From assembly GCA_036380715.1 (NCBI GenBank), contig DASVEF010000255.1:6535-70534 (forward strand): a DNA stretch of 64,000 bases. The letters run 5' to 3'. The notes beneath the pieces are model-generated. The model worked only from the letters and a program-made list of their open reading frames with translations. It was not told the origin of the DNA and did no database searches. A program made the translations under genes and the position numbers. Source of the stretch: Thermoanaerobaculia bacterium (GTDB taxonomy: Bacteria > Acidobacteriota > Thermoanaerobaculia > Multivoradales > UBA5704). Shown in pieces: positions 1 to 9,249 of this stretch (the first letter of the stretch is position 1; the number at the start of each line of letters is the position of its first letter).

Positions 1-2
1 TG

Positions 3-755
3 GGGAGCGCCAAGACCTTCCTGGTCGAGTGCTTCTCCAACGAGATCGGCTTCCCCTGCGTCAAGCTCAAGAACTTCCGCTCCATGTGGGTCGGCTCGAC
101 CGAGTCCAATCTGGAGCGCATCCTCAAGATCCTCGCCTCGCTCACCCCGGTGGGCGTGGTCGTGGACGAGGCCGACACCGCGCTCGGCAACCGCGAGCAG
201 CAGGGGGACTCCGGCACGCAGAGCCGCGTCTTCGGGCAGATCGCCTCGTTCATGGGCGACACGCGCAACCGCGGCAAGATCCTCTGGTTCCTGATCACGG
301 CGCGGCCCGACCTGTTGCCGATCGACCTCAAGCGGCAGGGGCGCGCCGAGGAGCACATCCCGCTCTTCTATCCGGAGACGGTGCAGGAGTACGACGAGAT
401 CTACGCCGTGATGCTCAAGAAGCTGGGGATCCGGACCTCGGTCGCGAAGCTCTCGGAGATCGCGACCGAGGACCAGTTCCTCGGCCTGTCGGGCTCGGAC
501 CTGGAGGCCGTGCTGGTGCGCGCCGTGCTGGAGGCCGAGGCCGCAGAGTCCTCCGAAGTGACCGCCGACCACCTCAAGAAGGCCATCGCCGACTTCATCC
601 CCTCGGCCAACACCCGCGAGCGCGAGATGCAGATCCTCTGCGCCATCCTGGAATGCACCAGCCGCGAGCTGCTCCCCGAGCGCTACCGCACCCTCGACCG
701 CGGCGAGGTCCAGGCGCGGATCAGCGAGATCAAGAGAGAGCTGCGGCTGGCGTGA
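3..755 (+). CDS. AAA+ ATPase, C-terminal portion (5' end outside the window)
   Basis: Frame 3 is open from the window edge. Translation reads GSAKTFLVECF (end of a Walker A GxxGKT), VGVVVDEADTAL (Walker B) and ITARPDLLPIDLKRQGRAEEHI (sensor / Arg-finger region), as in classic-clade AAA ATPases. TGA stop at 753-755. Confidence 0.8.
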   Translation, partial: GSAKTFLVECFSNEIGFPCVKLKNFRSMWVGSTESNLERILKILASLTPVGVVVDEADTALGNREQQGDSGTQSRVFGQIASFMGDTRNRGKILWFLITARPDLLPIDLKRQGRAEEHIPLFYPETVQEYDEIYAVMLKKLGIRTSVAKLSEIATEDQFLGLSGSDLEAVLVRAVLEAEAAESSEVTADHLKKAIADFIPSANTREREMQILCAILECTSRELLPERYRTLDRGEVQARISEIKRELRLA

Positions 756-759
756 AAGA

Positions 760-831
760 CCCTCACCCCCCTGGCCCCCTCTCCCACCCGCACTCCCAGT
801 CCCCCGGGAGAGGGGGCCAGGGGGGTGAGGG
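760..831. repeat. REP-like long palindrome (copy R1), probable bidirectional terminator
   Basis: CCCTCACCCCCCTGGCCCCCTCTCCC, about 20 nt, then GGGAGAGGGGGCCAGGGGGGTGAGGG gives about 26-bp perfect arms. It fills the gap between two convergent stop codons (755 and 837). It belongs to the same family as copies at 5417, 13552, 43913, 45979 and 63024. Confidence 0.8.
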
Positions 832-836
832 TTCCC

Positions 837-3134
837 TCAGGCCCGGACCCGCTTGACCACCACGATCGTGGTGTCGTCCGGCGGCTCCTCGGAGCCGAGG
901 TGGCGCCGCCAGTCGGCGAGCAGGACGTCCAGGATCCTCTCCGCCGACGACCCGTGCGCGCCGCGCAGGATCTCTTGCGGCCGGTCGAAGCCGTACGGGG
1001 TCTCGCTCCAGTCGTTCGTCTCGATCAGGCCGTCCGAGCAGAAGACGAGGGAGGCGCCCGGCACCAGGCGGATCTCGAGGTCCTGGTACTGGCGCTGCGG
1101 ACCCTGACCCAGGGGGAGGCCCGGCAGGACGATCTCCGACACGTGCCCGTCCACCATCAGGAACGGGAAGGGGTGACCGGCGTTGCTCAGCAGGGCCTCG
1201 CCGGTCGCGGGATCGAGCCGCAGCAGGGCCAGGCTGGCGAAGTTGCGCGGCGAGCCGCCGCGCCGGATCACCCGGTCGACCCGGTGCAGCACCTCGGACG
1301 GAGTGCGGCCGGGGGTGATCAGGCTGGTGAGGGCGGCCGTGGTCATCGCCTGCACGATGGCGCAGGAGTAGCCGTGGCCGGCCACGTCGCCGGCGGCGAT
1401 CCACAGCTTCCCCTCGTCGTCCTGGAGGAAGTCGTAGAGGTCACCTCCCGCCTCGGTGGCGAGAATCGAGCGCGCCGCGATCTGCCATCCCGGGAGATCG
1501 GGCAGCGTCTCGGGGAGCAGCCCCTCCTGCATGCGCGCCAGCAGGTCCATCTCGTACTTGAGCCGGCGCTCCTCCTCCAGCCGGCGCATGAACGCGGGCG
1601 GCTTGAGCCGCTCGGCTTCGACCTCGTGCGAGCGCTGGAGCCCCACGAGGCCGAGGAGGAAGAGGGCCGCTGCGGCGCCGGCCGTGGCGGCGAACGTGCC
1701 GGGCAGCCAGTCGGCATGGAGGCCGGAGAAGACGGCCGCCGGAAGCAGGAAGGCGGAGATGGCGGCGGTGAGCAGGGCGGTGAGGCCGTAGCGCCGGCAG
1801 AAGACGACGAGCACGGCGAAGATGAGGAAGTTTGCGGCGACCTCGAACGGCCAGGGCTGCAAGCGCAGCGGCGGAAGCACGAGCGCGCCGGCCAGGGCCG
1901 CCACCCACGGAATCCAGCGGACGGGCACCACCCGCCGCGCCAGCGCCAGGAGCATGACGGCGGTGGCGGCGAGCCCGACTCCGGCGTTGAAGGGATTCCG
2001 CCCCATGGAAACCGGGAGGAAGACGCTGAGCTCCAGTGGCTGGAGGGCCGGAACCGCCATGGCCAGCGCCCGCAACGACAGAGCCAGCCCGGCGACAGCG
2101 GCTCCGACGGCGAGCCCGGCGATCAGCGCTCTTCCGGCCCGCGGCCCCAGCCGGCCCACGCGCAGCGAGTCGAGGCTGGTGGTGAAGCTCGAATCCGTAG
2201 CCCGTAGGAACGACTCGCTCGCCGACCAGAACAGGAAGACCCAGAGCGTGCGCCCGAACGGACCCAGGAGAGGGAGCACCGACCCCTCTTCCGAGACCCG
2301 CAGGAGGCTCGCCGGCAGCGTGAGGAGAAGGGTGATGCCGGCCAGGATCGCGCCGTTGACGAGATCGATGCGCCGGCGCGAGAGCAGGACGATGAACAGC
2401 ACCGCGACGCCCAGGAGACGGAGCGTCGGCGCGATGCCCTGGATATAGGGGGTGAAGAGCGACAAGGCGCGGAGGCTGGAGGCGCTGACCTCCGGGTCGC
2501 CGGGCCGGCGGTCCGCGAAAACGCTGCCCGCGTACCCCGCGATCCCGGTCATGTGCTGCGCCGGCGAGGCGTCGCGGACGGAAGCGAACAGCGCCTGCTG
2601 AGCGACGAAGGCCCCCCGCACGGGCTCGTCCAGGGTCTCGCCCGGAGCGATGAGCTGATCCATCACAGACTTCACCAGCTCTTCGGAAGCCGCAGGCTCG
2701 GCCGCGGGGATGAACAGCTCAGGCGTCGACAGCATCCACCGGACCGCCCTCGGCTGACCCTCGCGCGAGAACCGGACGGCCAGGTTCTTGACCGGGCGTC
2801 CGGGCAGGTATCCCCGGTGCGTGACCTCGACGCGCAGGCCCCGGCACAGCGATCGGACCGTCTCCGAACGCGCCAGGCCTCGCATCTCGCAAGGGATCCA
2901 CTCGTCGAAGAAGCCATCGTTCAGCTTCACCCGGGGTTCCCCGGGCATCAGCTTGATGCCGATCCGGGAAGCGGTCTCGCGATAGCGTTCGACGAAGAGG
3001 CGCTCGTCCGGCAGATCGCCGGGTTGCCATTCCGGGATCCACTGCCGGGCCAGGGCCAGCCCAGCCATGAAGAAGAGGGCGCCCAGGCCGAGGGCGATCA
3101 GCAGACGGGTTCTCTCGGATCGGGTCTCTTTCAT
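837..3134 (-). CDS. Membrane-bound SpoIIE/PP2C-family protein phosphatase
   Basis: ORF 837..3569 trimmed to the ATG at 3134 (MKETRSERTRLLIALGLG, start of the first hydrophobic helix). The middle part carries many hydrophobic helices. The C-terminal SpoIIE/PP2C signature is GGDLYDF, IAAGDVAGHGYSCA, FCSDGLIE, PPDDTTIVVVK. Confidence 0.85.
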   Translation of the reverse strand: MKETRSERTRLLIALGLGALFFMAGLALARQWIPEWQPGDLPDERLFVERYRETASRIGIKLMPGEPRVKLNDGFFDEWIPCEMRGLARSETVRSLCRGLRVEVTHRGYLPGRPVKNLAVRFSREGQPRAVRWMLSTPELFIPAAEPAASEELVKSVMDQLIAPGETLDEPVRGAFVAQQALFASVRDASPAQHMTGIAGYAGSVFADRRPGDPEVSASSLRALSLFTPYIQGIAPTLRLLGVAVLFIVLLSRRRIDLVNGAILAGITLLLTLPASLLRVSEEGSVLPLLGPFGRTLWVFLFWSASESFLRATDSSFTTSLDSLRVGRLGPRAGRALIAGLAVGAAVAGLALSLRALAMAVPALQPLELSVFLPVSMGRNPFNAGVGLAATAVMLLALARRVVPVRWIPWVAALAGALVLPPLRLQPWPFEVAANFLIFAVLVVFCRRYGLTALLTAAISAFLLPAAVFSGLHADWLPGTFAATAGAAAALFLLGLVGLQRSHEVEAERLKPPAFMRRLEEERRLKYEMDLLARMQEGLLPETLPDLPGWQIAARSILATEAGGDLYDFLQDDEGKLWIAAGDVAGHGYSCAIVQAMTTAALTSLITPGRTPSEVLHRVDRVIRRGGSPRNFASLALLRLDPATGEALLSNAGHPFPFLMVDGHVSEIVLPGLPLGQGPQRQYQDLEIRLVPGASLVFCSDGLIETNDWSETPYGFDRPQEILRGAHGSSAERILDVLLADWRRHLGSEEPPDDTTIVVVKRVRA

Positions 3135-3252
3135 GGTCGCCGCTCGGGCAGTACCTAGATACGGTATTCCATTCCGCGGGTTTTCGGGCGGTTTGCTAGA
3201 ATGCCGCGTCCGGTCGAAAAAACGCAGAACGATCCTGAAAGCCTTGAAGAAG

Positions 3253-5415
3253 ATGACAGATATTCTCCACCCGCTCCGTAAGACCGCGCTCGCCCTGGCG
3301 GCGCTCCTCGTTCTCGCCCTCCCTCTCCCTGCGCAGGAAGGGGGCCAGAAGCTCATCGTCCTCGGTTTTGATGGCGCAGACGCCAAGCTGACCCAGAAAT
3401 GGATGGACGAGGGGAAGCTCCCCAACCTGGCCAGGCTGCGCGGCCAGGGGACCTTCTCGCCGCTGCGCTCGACCATCCCGTCGCAGACGCCGGTCTCCTG
3501 GTCCACCTTCGCGACCGGTCTGAACCCCGGCCGCCACGGCGTCTTCGACTTCCTGAAGCGGGACGTCAAGACCTACACGCCGAGCTTCGCCGCGTTCGAC
3601 CAGGGCAAGGAGCCCTTCCTCTGGGGGACGAAGACGCCCTGGATCGTCGGGCTGATCGCGGCGGCCGTCGTGCTCCTCCTCTTCTTCCTGGCGCTCAAGC
3701 TGTTCAAGGTGCGCACGGTGATCGCCGCCGCGGTCGCCGTGACGCTGGCGCTCGCCGCCGGCGGCGGCGCGGGCGTCGCAGCCGACCGCCTGCTCCCCAA
3801 GGAGCGGCCGGTCGCCAAGAACCGCCAGCAGGGGGACACCTTCTGGGCGCTGCTCGGCCAGTCGGGCAAGCGGGTGCGGGTCCTGCGTATCCCGGTCACC
3901 TTCCCGCCGGTCGCCTACGAGCACGGCGAGCTGCTGACCGGCCTCGGCACGCCGGACCTCTCCGGACGCATCGGCAAGCCCTTCTACTTCACCTCCGAGC
4001 TGTTCTTCACTCCCAAGGGAGGAGGCGACTTCTCGGTCGAGGTCGTCGAGCTGGTCGACAACAAGGGGGAGATCGAGACCGAGATCCAGGGGCCGCCGAA
4101 CGAGCTGTTCCCGGACCAGAGCGACTACATCAAGATCCCGATGAAGCTGGTCGTGCCCGAGGACCGCGGCTCGTTGCGCATCCAGGTGTCGGGCCAGGAC
4201 CTCAGCCTGAAGCCGGGGGAGTGGAGCGACTGGGTCACCTTCACCTTCCCGTTCAACCAGCTCATCAAGCTGCAGGGGATCGGCAAGTTCCGCCTGCTCT
4301 CCGTGGAGCCCGAGGTGCGGCTCTACCTGTCGCCGATCCAGTTCGATCCCGAGAAGCTGCCGCCCGGCTTCGACATCACCACCCCGGCGGGCTTCGTGGA
4401 CAAGATGACCGACCGGTTCGGCCGCTTCAAGACCATCGGCTGGATGATCGACACCTGGTCGATCTCCAACGGCACGACCGACGAGAACGTCTTCCTGGAA
4501 GACGTGCGCATGACGATCGCGAAGGACAAGGAGATCCTCGACAGCTCCCTGGCCGACGGCGAGTGGGACGTGCTGGTCCACTACTTCGAGTTCACCGACC
4601 GGGTGCAGCACATGATGTTCCGCTACTTCGATCCCAAGCACCCGCTCAACACGCCCGAGGGCGCGGCCAAGTGGGGCGGCGAGATCCTGAAGTCGTACCA
4701 GCAGATGGACGCCATCGTCGGCGACGTGATGCGGAAGATGCCGGCGGGGACCCGGCTGATGGTGGTCTCCGACCACGGCTTCGCCTCGTTCCGGCGCGGC
4801 ATGAACTACAACACCTGGCTGGCCAAGAACGGCTTCATGACGCTGACCGGCGAGGACGCCGGCCGGAAGAACCTGGAGGACCTGTTCGACCAGGGCGACT
4901 TCTTCACCAACGTCGACTGGTCGAAGACCAGGGCCTATGCGCTCGGCCTCGGGCAGATCTACATCAACCTCGAAGGGCGCGAGGCCAAGGGGATCGTCAA
5001 GCCGGGCGAGGAGTACCGGCAGGTGGCCGCCGCGATCAAGCAGGGTCTCGAGGCGTTCGTGGACGAGGAGACCGGCGAGCGTCCGGTGGCCCACGTCTTC
5101 ACCCGCGACGAGGCCTACGGCACCTACGACCCCGAGCTGATCCCGGACCTGATCCCGTCGAACAGCGAGGGCTACCGAGTCGGCTGGCAGGACAGCCTGG
5201 GCGGCATCGCCAAGACGATCGTGGAGCCGAACACCGAGATCTGGAGCGGCGACCACTGCTCGGTCTATCCGCCGCTCGTCGAGGGCATCCTCTTCGCCAA
5301 CTTCAAGCTGACCGAAGGCGGCGCCTACATGGGCGACGTCATGCCGACGATCCTCGATCTTTATGGGGTGAAACCGACCGCGAAGCTGGATGGCCGGAGC
5401 CTGGTGGCGAAGTAG
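3253..5415 (+). CDS. Alkaline-phosphatase-superfamily enzyme (type I phosphodiesterase / nucleotide pyrophosphatase family)
   Basis: ORF 3067..5415 trimmed to the ATG at 3253 (MTDILHPLRKTALALAALLVLALP, signal-like). Motifs are LIVLGFDGAD, SQTPVSWSTFATG (nucleophile region) and VVSDHGF (metal ligands). The alternative start at 3067 would overlap the divergent phosphatase gene. Confidence 0.8.
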   Translation: MTDILHPLRKTALALAALLVLALPLPAQEGGQKLIVLGFDGADAKLTQKWMDEGKLPNLARLRGQGTFSPLRSTIPSQTPVSWSTFATGLNPGRHGVFDFLKRDVKTYTPSFAAFDQGKEPFLWGTKTPWIVGLIAAAVVLLLFFLALKLFKVRTVIAAAVAVTLALAAGGGAGVAADRLLPKERPVAKNRQQGDTFWALLGQSGKRVRVLRIPVTFPPVAYEHGELLTGLGTPDLSGRIGKPFYFTSELFFTPKGGGDFSVEVVELVDNKGEIETEIQGPPNELFPDQSDYIKIPMKLVVPEDRGSLRIQVSGQDLSLKPGEWSDWVTFTFPFNQLIKLQGIGKFRLLSVEPEVRLYLSPIQFDPEKLPPGFDITTPAGFVDKMTDRFGRFKTIGWMIDTWSISNGTTDENVFLEDVRMTIAKDKEILDSSLADGEWDVLVHYFEFTDRVQHMMFRYFDPKHPLNTPEGAAKWGGEILKSYQQMDAIVGDVMRKMPAGTRLMVVSDHGFASFRRGMNYNTWLAKNGFMTLTGEDAGRKNLEDLFDQGDFFTNVDWSKTRAYALGLGQIYINLEGREAKGIVKPGEEYRQVAAAIKQGLEAFVDEETGERPVAHVFTRDEAYGTYDPELIPDLIPSNSEGYRVGWQDSLGGIAKTIVEPNTEIWSGDHCSVYPPLVEGILFANFKLTEGGAYMGDVMPTILDLYGVKPTAKLDGRSLVAK

Positions 5416-5416
5416 G

Positions 5417-5532
5417 CCCTCACCCCCTGGCCCCCTCTCCCGTCCGCCGGGAGAGGGGGAAAAGCTCGGAAAATTCAGAATGGTTGGGTGGCGCCCCTCT
5501 CCCGTTGACGGGAGAGGGGGCGGGGGTGAGGG
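5417..5532. repeat. REP-like composite palindromic element (copy R2)
   Basis: Outer arms are CCCTCACCCCCTGGCCCCCTCTCCC and GGGAGAGGGGGCGGGGGTGAGGG. They enclose two inner hairpins (CCCTCTCCCG..CGGGAGAGGGG, twice) and a spacer that is near-identical to copy R5 (45979). It lies between convergent stops at 5415 and 5547. Confidence 0.8.
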
Positions 5533-5546
5533 TCCGGGAGGGGGGC

Positions 5547-7721
5547 CTATCTCCCCGGCCGCTGCCGCCCCAGCGCCGCCTCGGCCTTGTCGCGCTCATG
5601 GCGGGAGTTGATCGACTTGGCGACGTCGAGGTAGGCGTCCCGGGCCGCGCCCGTGAGGGTGTGCTTCTCGGCGAGCTCGACGAGCACCGTGGCCCGCTCG
5701 TAGTCGGATTCAACCCCCCGGATCACGCGCAGCACCGCGACCAAGGCCTCCTGGGAGAGGTCCGTCCTCTGGATCAGCGGTGAGAGGGTCTGCCGGCGCT
5801 CGTAGCCGGAGGCGATCGTATTCACCGCCTCGACGTAGGCGCGCTGGATCGCGGCATCGCCGAGAGCGGTCTTCCCGGCGACCGCGGCGAGCACCTGGCG
5901 CAGCTCGTAGTCGGATTCGATCCCGCGGGTGGCCCGGAGCACCGCGGCGAGGTTTTGGGAGGAGAGCCGGCCCTTCTCGATCAGCGCGACCAGGGTGGTG
6001 CGCTGCTCGTAGTCGGAGTCGAGGGACGCCGCCGCCTCGGCGAACGCCAGGGTGAGAGGCTCGGTCATCGCCTGATGCTCGGCCACGGCCGTGAGCACCT
6101 GGCGCAGCTCGTAATCCGACTCGACCTCCCGGCCCGCCTGCCGGATGGCGCGCTCGACCGTGCCCGGCGGCAGGTCGCGGCGCTCCAAGAGCTCTCCGAA
6201 GTAGATCCGCTTCACGTAGTCGCTCGGGAGCTGCGAGATCTCGGCGAAGACCCCTTCTGGCCCCTGGCGCTTCAGGAAATAGGCGACCCGCTGGTCCGCG
6301 GCGTAGCCGGTGCCGCGCACGAATTCGAGGAGCATGGCCTGGAGCCACTTGCGCCCCTCGGCGTCGAAGGCCCGCTCCCTGCCGTTGACCTTCCATTTGT
6401 AAACGGGCCGGCCGTCGCTCCCCGGCTCGACGTCGAGCCGCCGCTCGACGCCGTTCTCCTCCTCGATCCGCATCTCGGCGCCGGGGGAGAGGCTGGCGAT
6501 GCCCGTCCAGTCCTCGGTGAGCGTGACCTTGCCCTCCGTCCGGATGCGGAGCTTGTGGTCGTCCTCCGAGATCTGGAAGGTCTGGGTGCCGTCGTCCGAG
6601 CCGACGTTGATGGATACGGACTGCTGCTTGGATTTTGACTTCGGAGCGGGCTTCGCGCCGGGCGGAGCCGCATCCACAACCGGGGTGAGGACCGCCAGGG
6701 GGACCACCAGGCAGGCGGCGGCGAGCCACGCGGGGAAGGCGAGGAGGCCCGGGACGCTCCGGCGGTTGCGCTCGGCGTCGAGCACCGCGAGGAGCCTCCC
6801 CGTCAGCTCCGACGGGCGGGCCATGGCGAGGCCGGCCGGCGCGACAGCCCGGACGGCGCGCAACGACCGCGCGATGTCCACCAGCTCTCCGGCGTAGTCG
6901 CTGGCCCGGGTCCCGGCCGTGATCACCCGGTCGTCGCACGCGTGCTCGCTCTCCAGCCGCAGCTTGCGGGCCGCGATCCAGGCCAGCGGATTGAGCCAGT
7001 GGAGGGCGCGGGCCACCTCGGCGGCGAGCTGCGTCAGGTAGTCCCCCCGGGCCACGTGGGCGAGCTCGTGGAGCAGGACCGTCCGGCGCCGCGGCTCCGG
7101 CCAGGCTTCGGCGCTGGCCGGCAGCAGCACCGCGGGCCGGCGCCAGCCCCAGGTCATGGGCATGGCCTTCTCGCCCCCGGCGAACAGCTCGACCGGCCGG
7201 CGGATACCCAGCTCCGCGCACACGCAGTCGAGGAGCCCGGTCCAGGCCTCGTCCGCGATCGGCCGCGCGTGCCGGCGCTGCCACCGCACGCGGGCCAGGG
7301 CGACGCCGAGGGAGCCGAGCATCGAGAGAGCGCCCGCGAGCCAGATTCCGAACGCCGCCTGCTTCCAGGAGATCGTCCATCCAGCCGTCTCCTCTACGGC
7401 GGGAGAGGGCAGGGCCGGCGAGGGTACGTTGAAAGAGGCCGTGGACACCGGGAGAGGAGATGGCTCCCGCGGCGCCGGCGCCGGCGAGGCGGCCGGCTGG
7501 GATCTCTCCACCAGCAGCGGCAGCGAGACTCTCCAGGCCGGGAGCACAGCCGCGAGCGCCGGCAGAGCGAGCAGCCCGGCGATCGCAAGCCGCCAGACCA
7601 GGTGCCGGGCGGCGGCGGAGGCTTGCCGCAGCATCAGGACGGCCGCTCCCGCGGCGAGGCAGAGAAGGAGCCCCTTGAGCGAGGCGTCGAGGAGCGCCGC
7701 GAGCCACAGGTCGAGCATCAC
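5547..7721 (-). CDS. M56-family BlaR1-like membrane metallopeptidase / signal transducer with an atypical repeat sensor domain
   Basis: HELAHVARGDY (HExxH of peptidase M56) follows the N-terminal TM helices. The start (GTG 7721 or ATG 7718) overlaps the stop of the upstream BlaI-type gene. The C-terminal region of about 330 aa is not a penicillin-binding domain and carries about 6 SDYE-containing repeats. Confidence 0.85.
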   Translation of the reverse strand: MMLDLWLAALLDASLKGLLLCLAAGAAVLMLRQASAAARHLVWRLAIAGLLALPALAAVLPAWRVSLPLLVERSQPAASPAPAPREPSPLPVSTASFNVPSPALPSPAVEETAGWTISWKQAAFGIWLAGALSMLGSLGVALARVRWQRRHARPIADEAWTGLLDCVCAELGIRRPVELFAGGEKAMPMTWGWRRPAVLLPASAEAWPEPRRRTVLLHELAHVARGDYLTQLAAEVARALHWLNPLAWIAARKLRLESEHACDDRVITAGTRASDYAGELVDIARSLRAVRAVAPAGLAMARPSELTGRLLAVLDAERNRRSVPGLLAFPAWLAAACLVVPLAVLTPVVDAAPPGAKPAPKSKSKQQSVSINVGSDDGTQTFQISEDDHKLRIRTEGKVTLTEDWTGIASLSPGAEMRIEEENGVERRLDVEPGSDGRPVYKWKVNGRERAFDAEGRKWLQAMLLEFVRGTGYAADQRVAYFLKRQGPEGVFAEISQLPSDYVKRIYFGELLERRDLPPGTVERAIRQAGREVESDYELRQVLTAVAEHQAMTEPLTLAFAEAAASLDSDYEQRTTLVALIEKGRLSSQNLAAVLRATRGIESDYELRQVLAAVAGKTALGDAAIQRAYVEAVNTIASGYERRQTLSPLIQRTDLSQEALVAVLRVIRGVESDYERATVLVELAEKHTLTGAARDAYLDVAKSINSRHERDKAEAALGRQRPGR

Positions 7722-8119
7722 CTTTCTCCTTTCTTGGCTTCCTGGATCAGGGCGGAGAGGCGGTCGAGCTCCTCGTCGGTCATCTCTCCGGCCGACCGGT
7801 CGAGGAGGGCCATGACCGCCTTTTCCGCCGAGCCGTCGAAGAACGTCCGCACCAGCCGGTCGAGCGCGGACTCGCGCGCCTCGTCGCGCGGCACGGTGGC
7901 GAGGTAGAGGTACCGCGGGCCGTCCTGCCGGTGCTGGAGAAGGCCTTTGGCCTCCAGCTTGCCGAGCATGGCCCGCACCGCCGAATAACCCGGAGGGTCC
8001 GGCAGCTCGGCGATCACGTCCGACACGGTGGCGCTCCCCAGCCGGTAGACCGCCTCCATGATCTGCCGCTCGCGGCGGCTCAGGTCGAGAGGGGATCGTT
8101 CGTGCTGCATACGTAGCAT
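7718..8119 (-). CDS. BlaI/MecI/CopY-family transcriptional repressor
   Basis: The N-terminus is a winged helix (RERQIMEAVYRLGSATVSDVIAELP..YSAVRAMLGKLEAKGLL), with a C-terminal dimerisation helix. It sits directly upstream of the M56 gene and overlaps it. The start could instead be the second ATG (8110). Confidence 0.85.
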   Translation of the reverse strand: MLRMQHERSPLDLSRRERQIMEAVYRLGSATVSDVIAELPDPPGYSAVRAMLGKLEAKGLLQHRQDGPRYLYLATVPRDEARESALDRLVRTFFDGSAEKAVMALLDRSAGEMTDEELDRLSALIQEAKKGER

Positions 8120-8138
8120 GATGCTACGAAAGTAGCAT
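8113..8138. promoter_or_regulatory. Putative BlaI operator (three GTAGCAT / ATGCTAC half-sites)
   Basis: GTAGCAT (8113-8119), ATGCTAC (8121-8127) and GTAGCAT (8132-8138). ATGCTAC-GAAA-GTAGCAT is a perfect 7-bp dyad immediately 5' of, and partly overlapping, the blaI-like start codon. Assigning it as the operator is inference. Confidence 0.45.
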
Positions 8139-8169
8139 CGACTCGAACGGGCGTCAAGCTAGCCGGTCG

Positions 8170-9240
8170 TTACTGCTCCTCCGGCGGTTCCATCTGCGCC
8201 ATGTCGCACTCGGTGCTGATGTGGGGGATGACCCGAGGCCCCAGTCTCGCTTGCGTGAAGGGGGGGAGGTCCTTCCAGGCATTCCCAAGCTTGTCCTCGA
8301 ATTTATCCAGGTCCTGTTCACACAACCCGGTGCTGCCACGGTCGAGACGGAACGTGTGCCGGCGCACAGGCCGTTTGACGATCTCCTTTCCCAACAGATT
8401 GTAAAACGACAGGAAATGGTGCTCGGGATGGGGATACTCCGGCTTCGGGACATAGGGACTCTGCCAGTTGCCCACGAGGAGCGTGATTCTTCCATTCTTC
8501 GGTGTAAGAACCGCACAGGCCTTGCGAGTGCTCCTCGGCAGATCCCAGGACTCGAGACTGATCTCGTTCGCTTCGATCTCGAACTCAACGCGGGCCGCAT
8601 CGGCGACGGCCTGATGGAAGTCGCTGGCCGGCGCGCCGGACGCCCAGAATTTGAACATCTCCAGTTGTGAGAACTCGTTATGGAGGAGGTGACAGGCGAT
8701 CACGTCACCTCCCTGGATGCGGAACCGAGCGCTGATCGGGCAAGCGTCCGCCTCGCGCAGACAGTTCTCTTTGACCTCTCCTGCGCCGGCCGTGAGGAGG
8801 CTCACGCTGGGAATCCACGACAGATCTCGGCTCGCCAGGTCCGTCTCAGGGAGCCTGACCGGCCTCCCCAGCAGCGTGGGGCGGCCGCTCCGTACGAGGT
8901 TCACTCCCGTGACTCCGCCCGCGAACTGCAGGTGCTCCTTGTAGAGCCACCAGCGCAGTGGGAAATCGTCCTTGCTTCCCATGAGAACCAGGGGGTGCGG
9001 CAAGGGAGGGCGGGCCTTTTCAGCCATCTCGATGATGTGCTGAGGCGCGCGCTCGCAGTCCCCCGTGCACTCCCCCTTGAGCAGCCATACGCGGGCGGCG
9101 TGCTCCGGCACGGTGTGCTGGTCGTGCGGGCCCTGGACAGCGGGCGGGTCTGCGAGCAACGCGAACATCTCAACCGGCGGCTGCTGGTCCGGGGCGAGGG
9201 CGATCAACCCCCAGAAGATCACTTCCACGGTGACACCCAT
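8170..9240 (-). CDS. Hypothetical protein (356 aa), no recognisable family; translationally coupled to the CHAT gene
   Basis: The ATG at 9240 is preceded by AGGAGA, which overlaps the TAA stop (9250-9252) of the upstream CHAT gene. The frame is open to the TAA at 8170. There is no signal peptide or TM helix. The stretch is visibly more A/T-rich than its neighbours. Confidence 0.7.
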   Translation of the reverse strand: MGVTVEVIFWGLIALAPDQQPPVEMFALLADPPAVQGPHDQHTVPEHAARVWLLKGECTGDCERAPQHIIEMAEKARPPLPHPLVLMGSKDDFPLRWWLYKEHLQFAGGVTGVNLVRSGRPTLLGRPVRLPETDLASRDLSWIPSVSLLTAGAGEVKENCLREADACPISARFRIQGGDVIACHLLHNEFSQLEMFKFWASGAPASDFHQAVADAARVEFEIEANEISLESWDLPRSTRKACAVLTPKNGRITLLVGNWQSPYVPKPEYPHPEHHFLSFYNLLGKEIVKRPVRRHTFRLDRGSTGLCEQDLDKFEDKLGNAWKDLPPFTQARLGPRVIPHISTECDMAQMEPPEEQ

Positions 9241-9249
9241 GGCTTCTCC

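Noticed and set aside
837-3569. The full-length versions of the divergent ORFs 837..3569(-) and 3067..5415(+), which overlap each other by about 500 bp.
   Set aside because: Both have internal ATG starts (3134 and 3253) that begin exactly at a hydrophobic N-terminal helix or signal peptide and remove the overlap. The upstream extensions are Arg-rich and featureless.
5390-5713. Short ORFs encoded by the REP-like elements, for example 5390..5611, 5420..5713, 43854..44576 and 45749..45985 (PLSP..GEGE / GGEG peptides).
   Set aside because: They are translations of the palindromic repeats on both strands, present wherever the element occurs, with no start signals.
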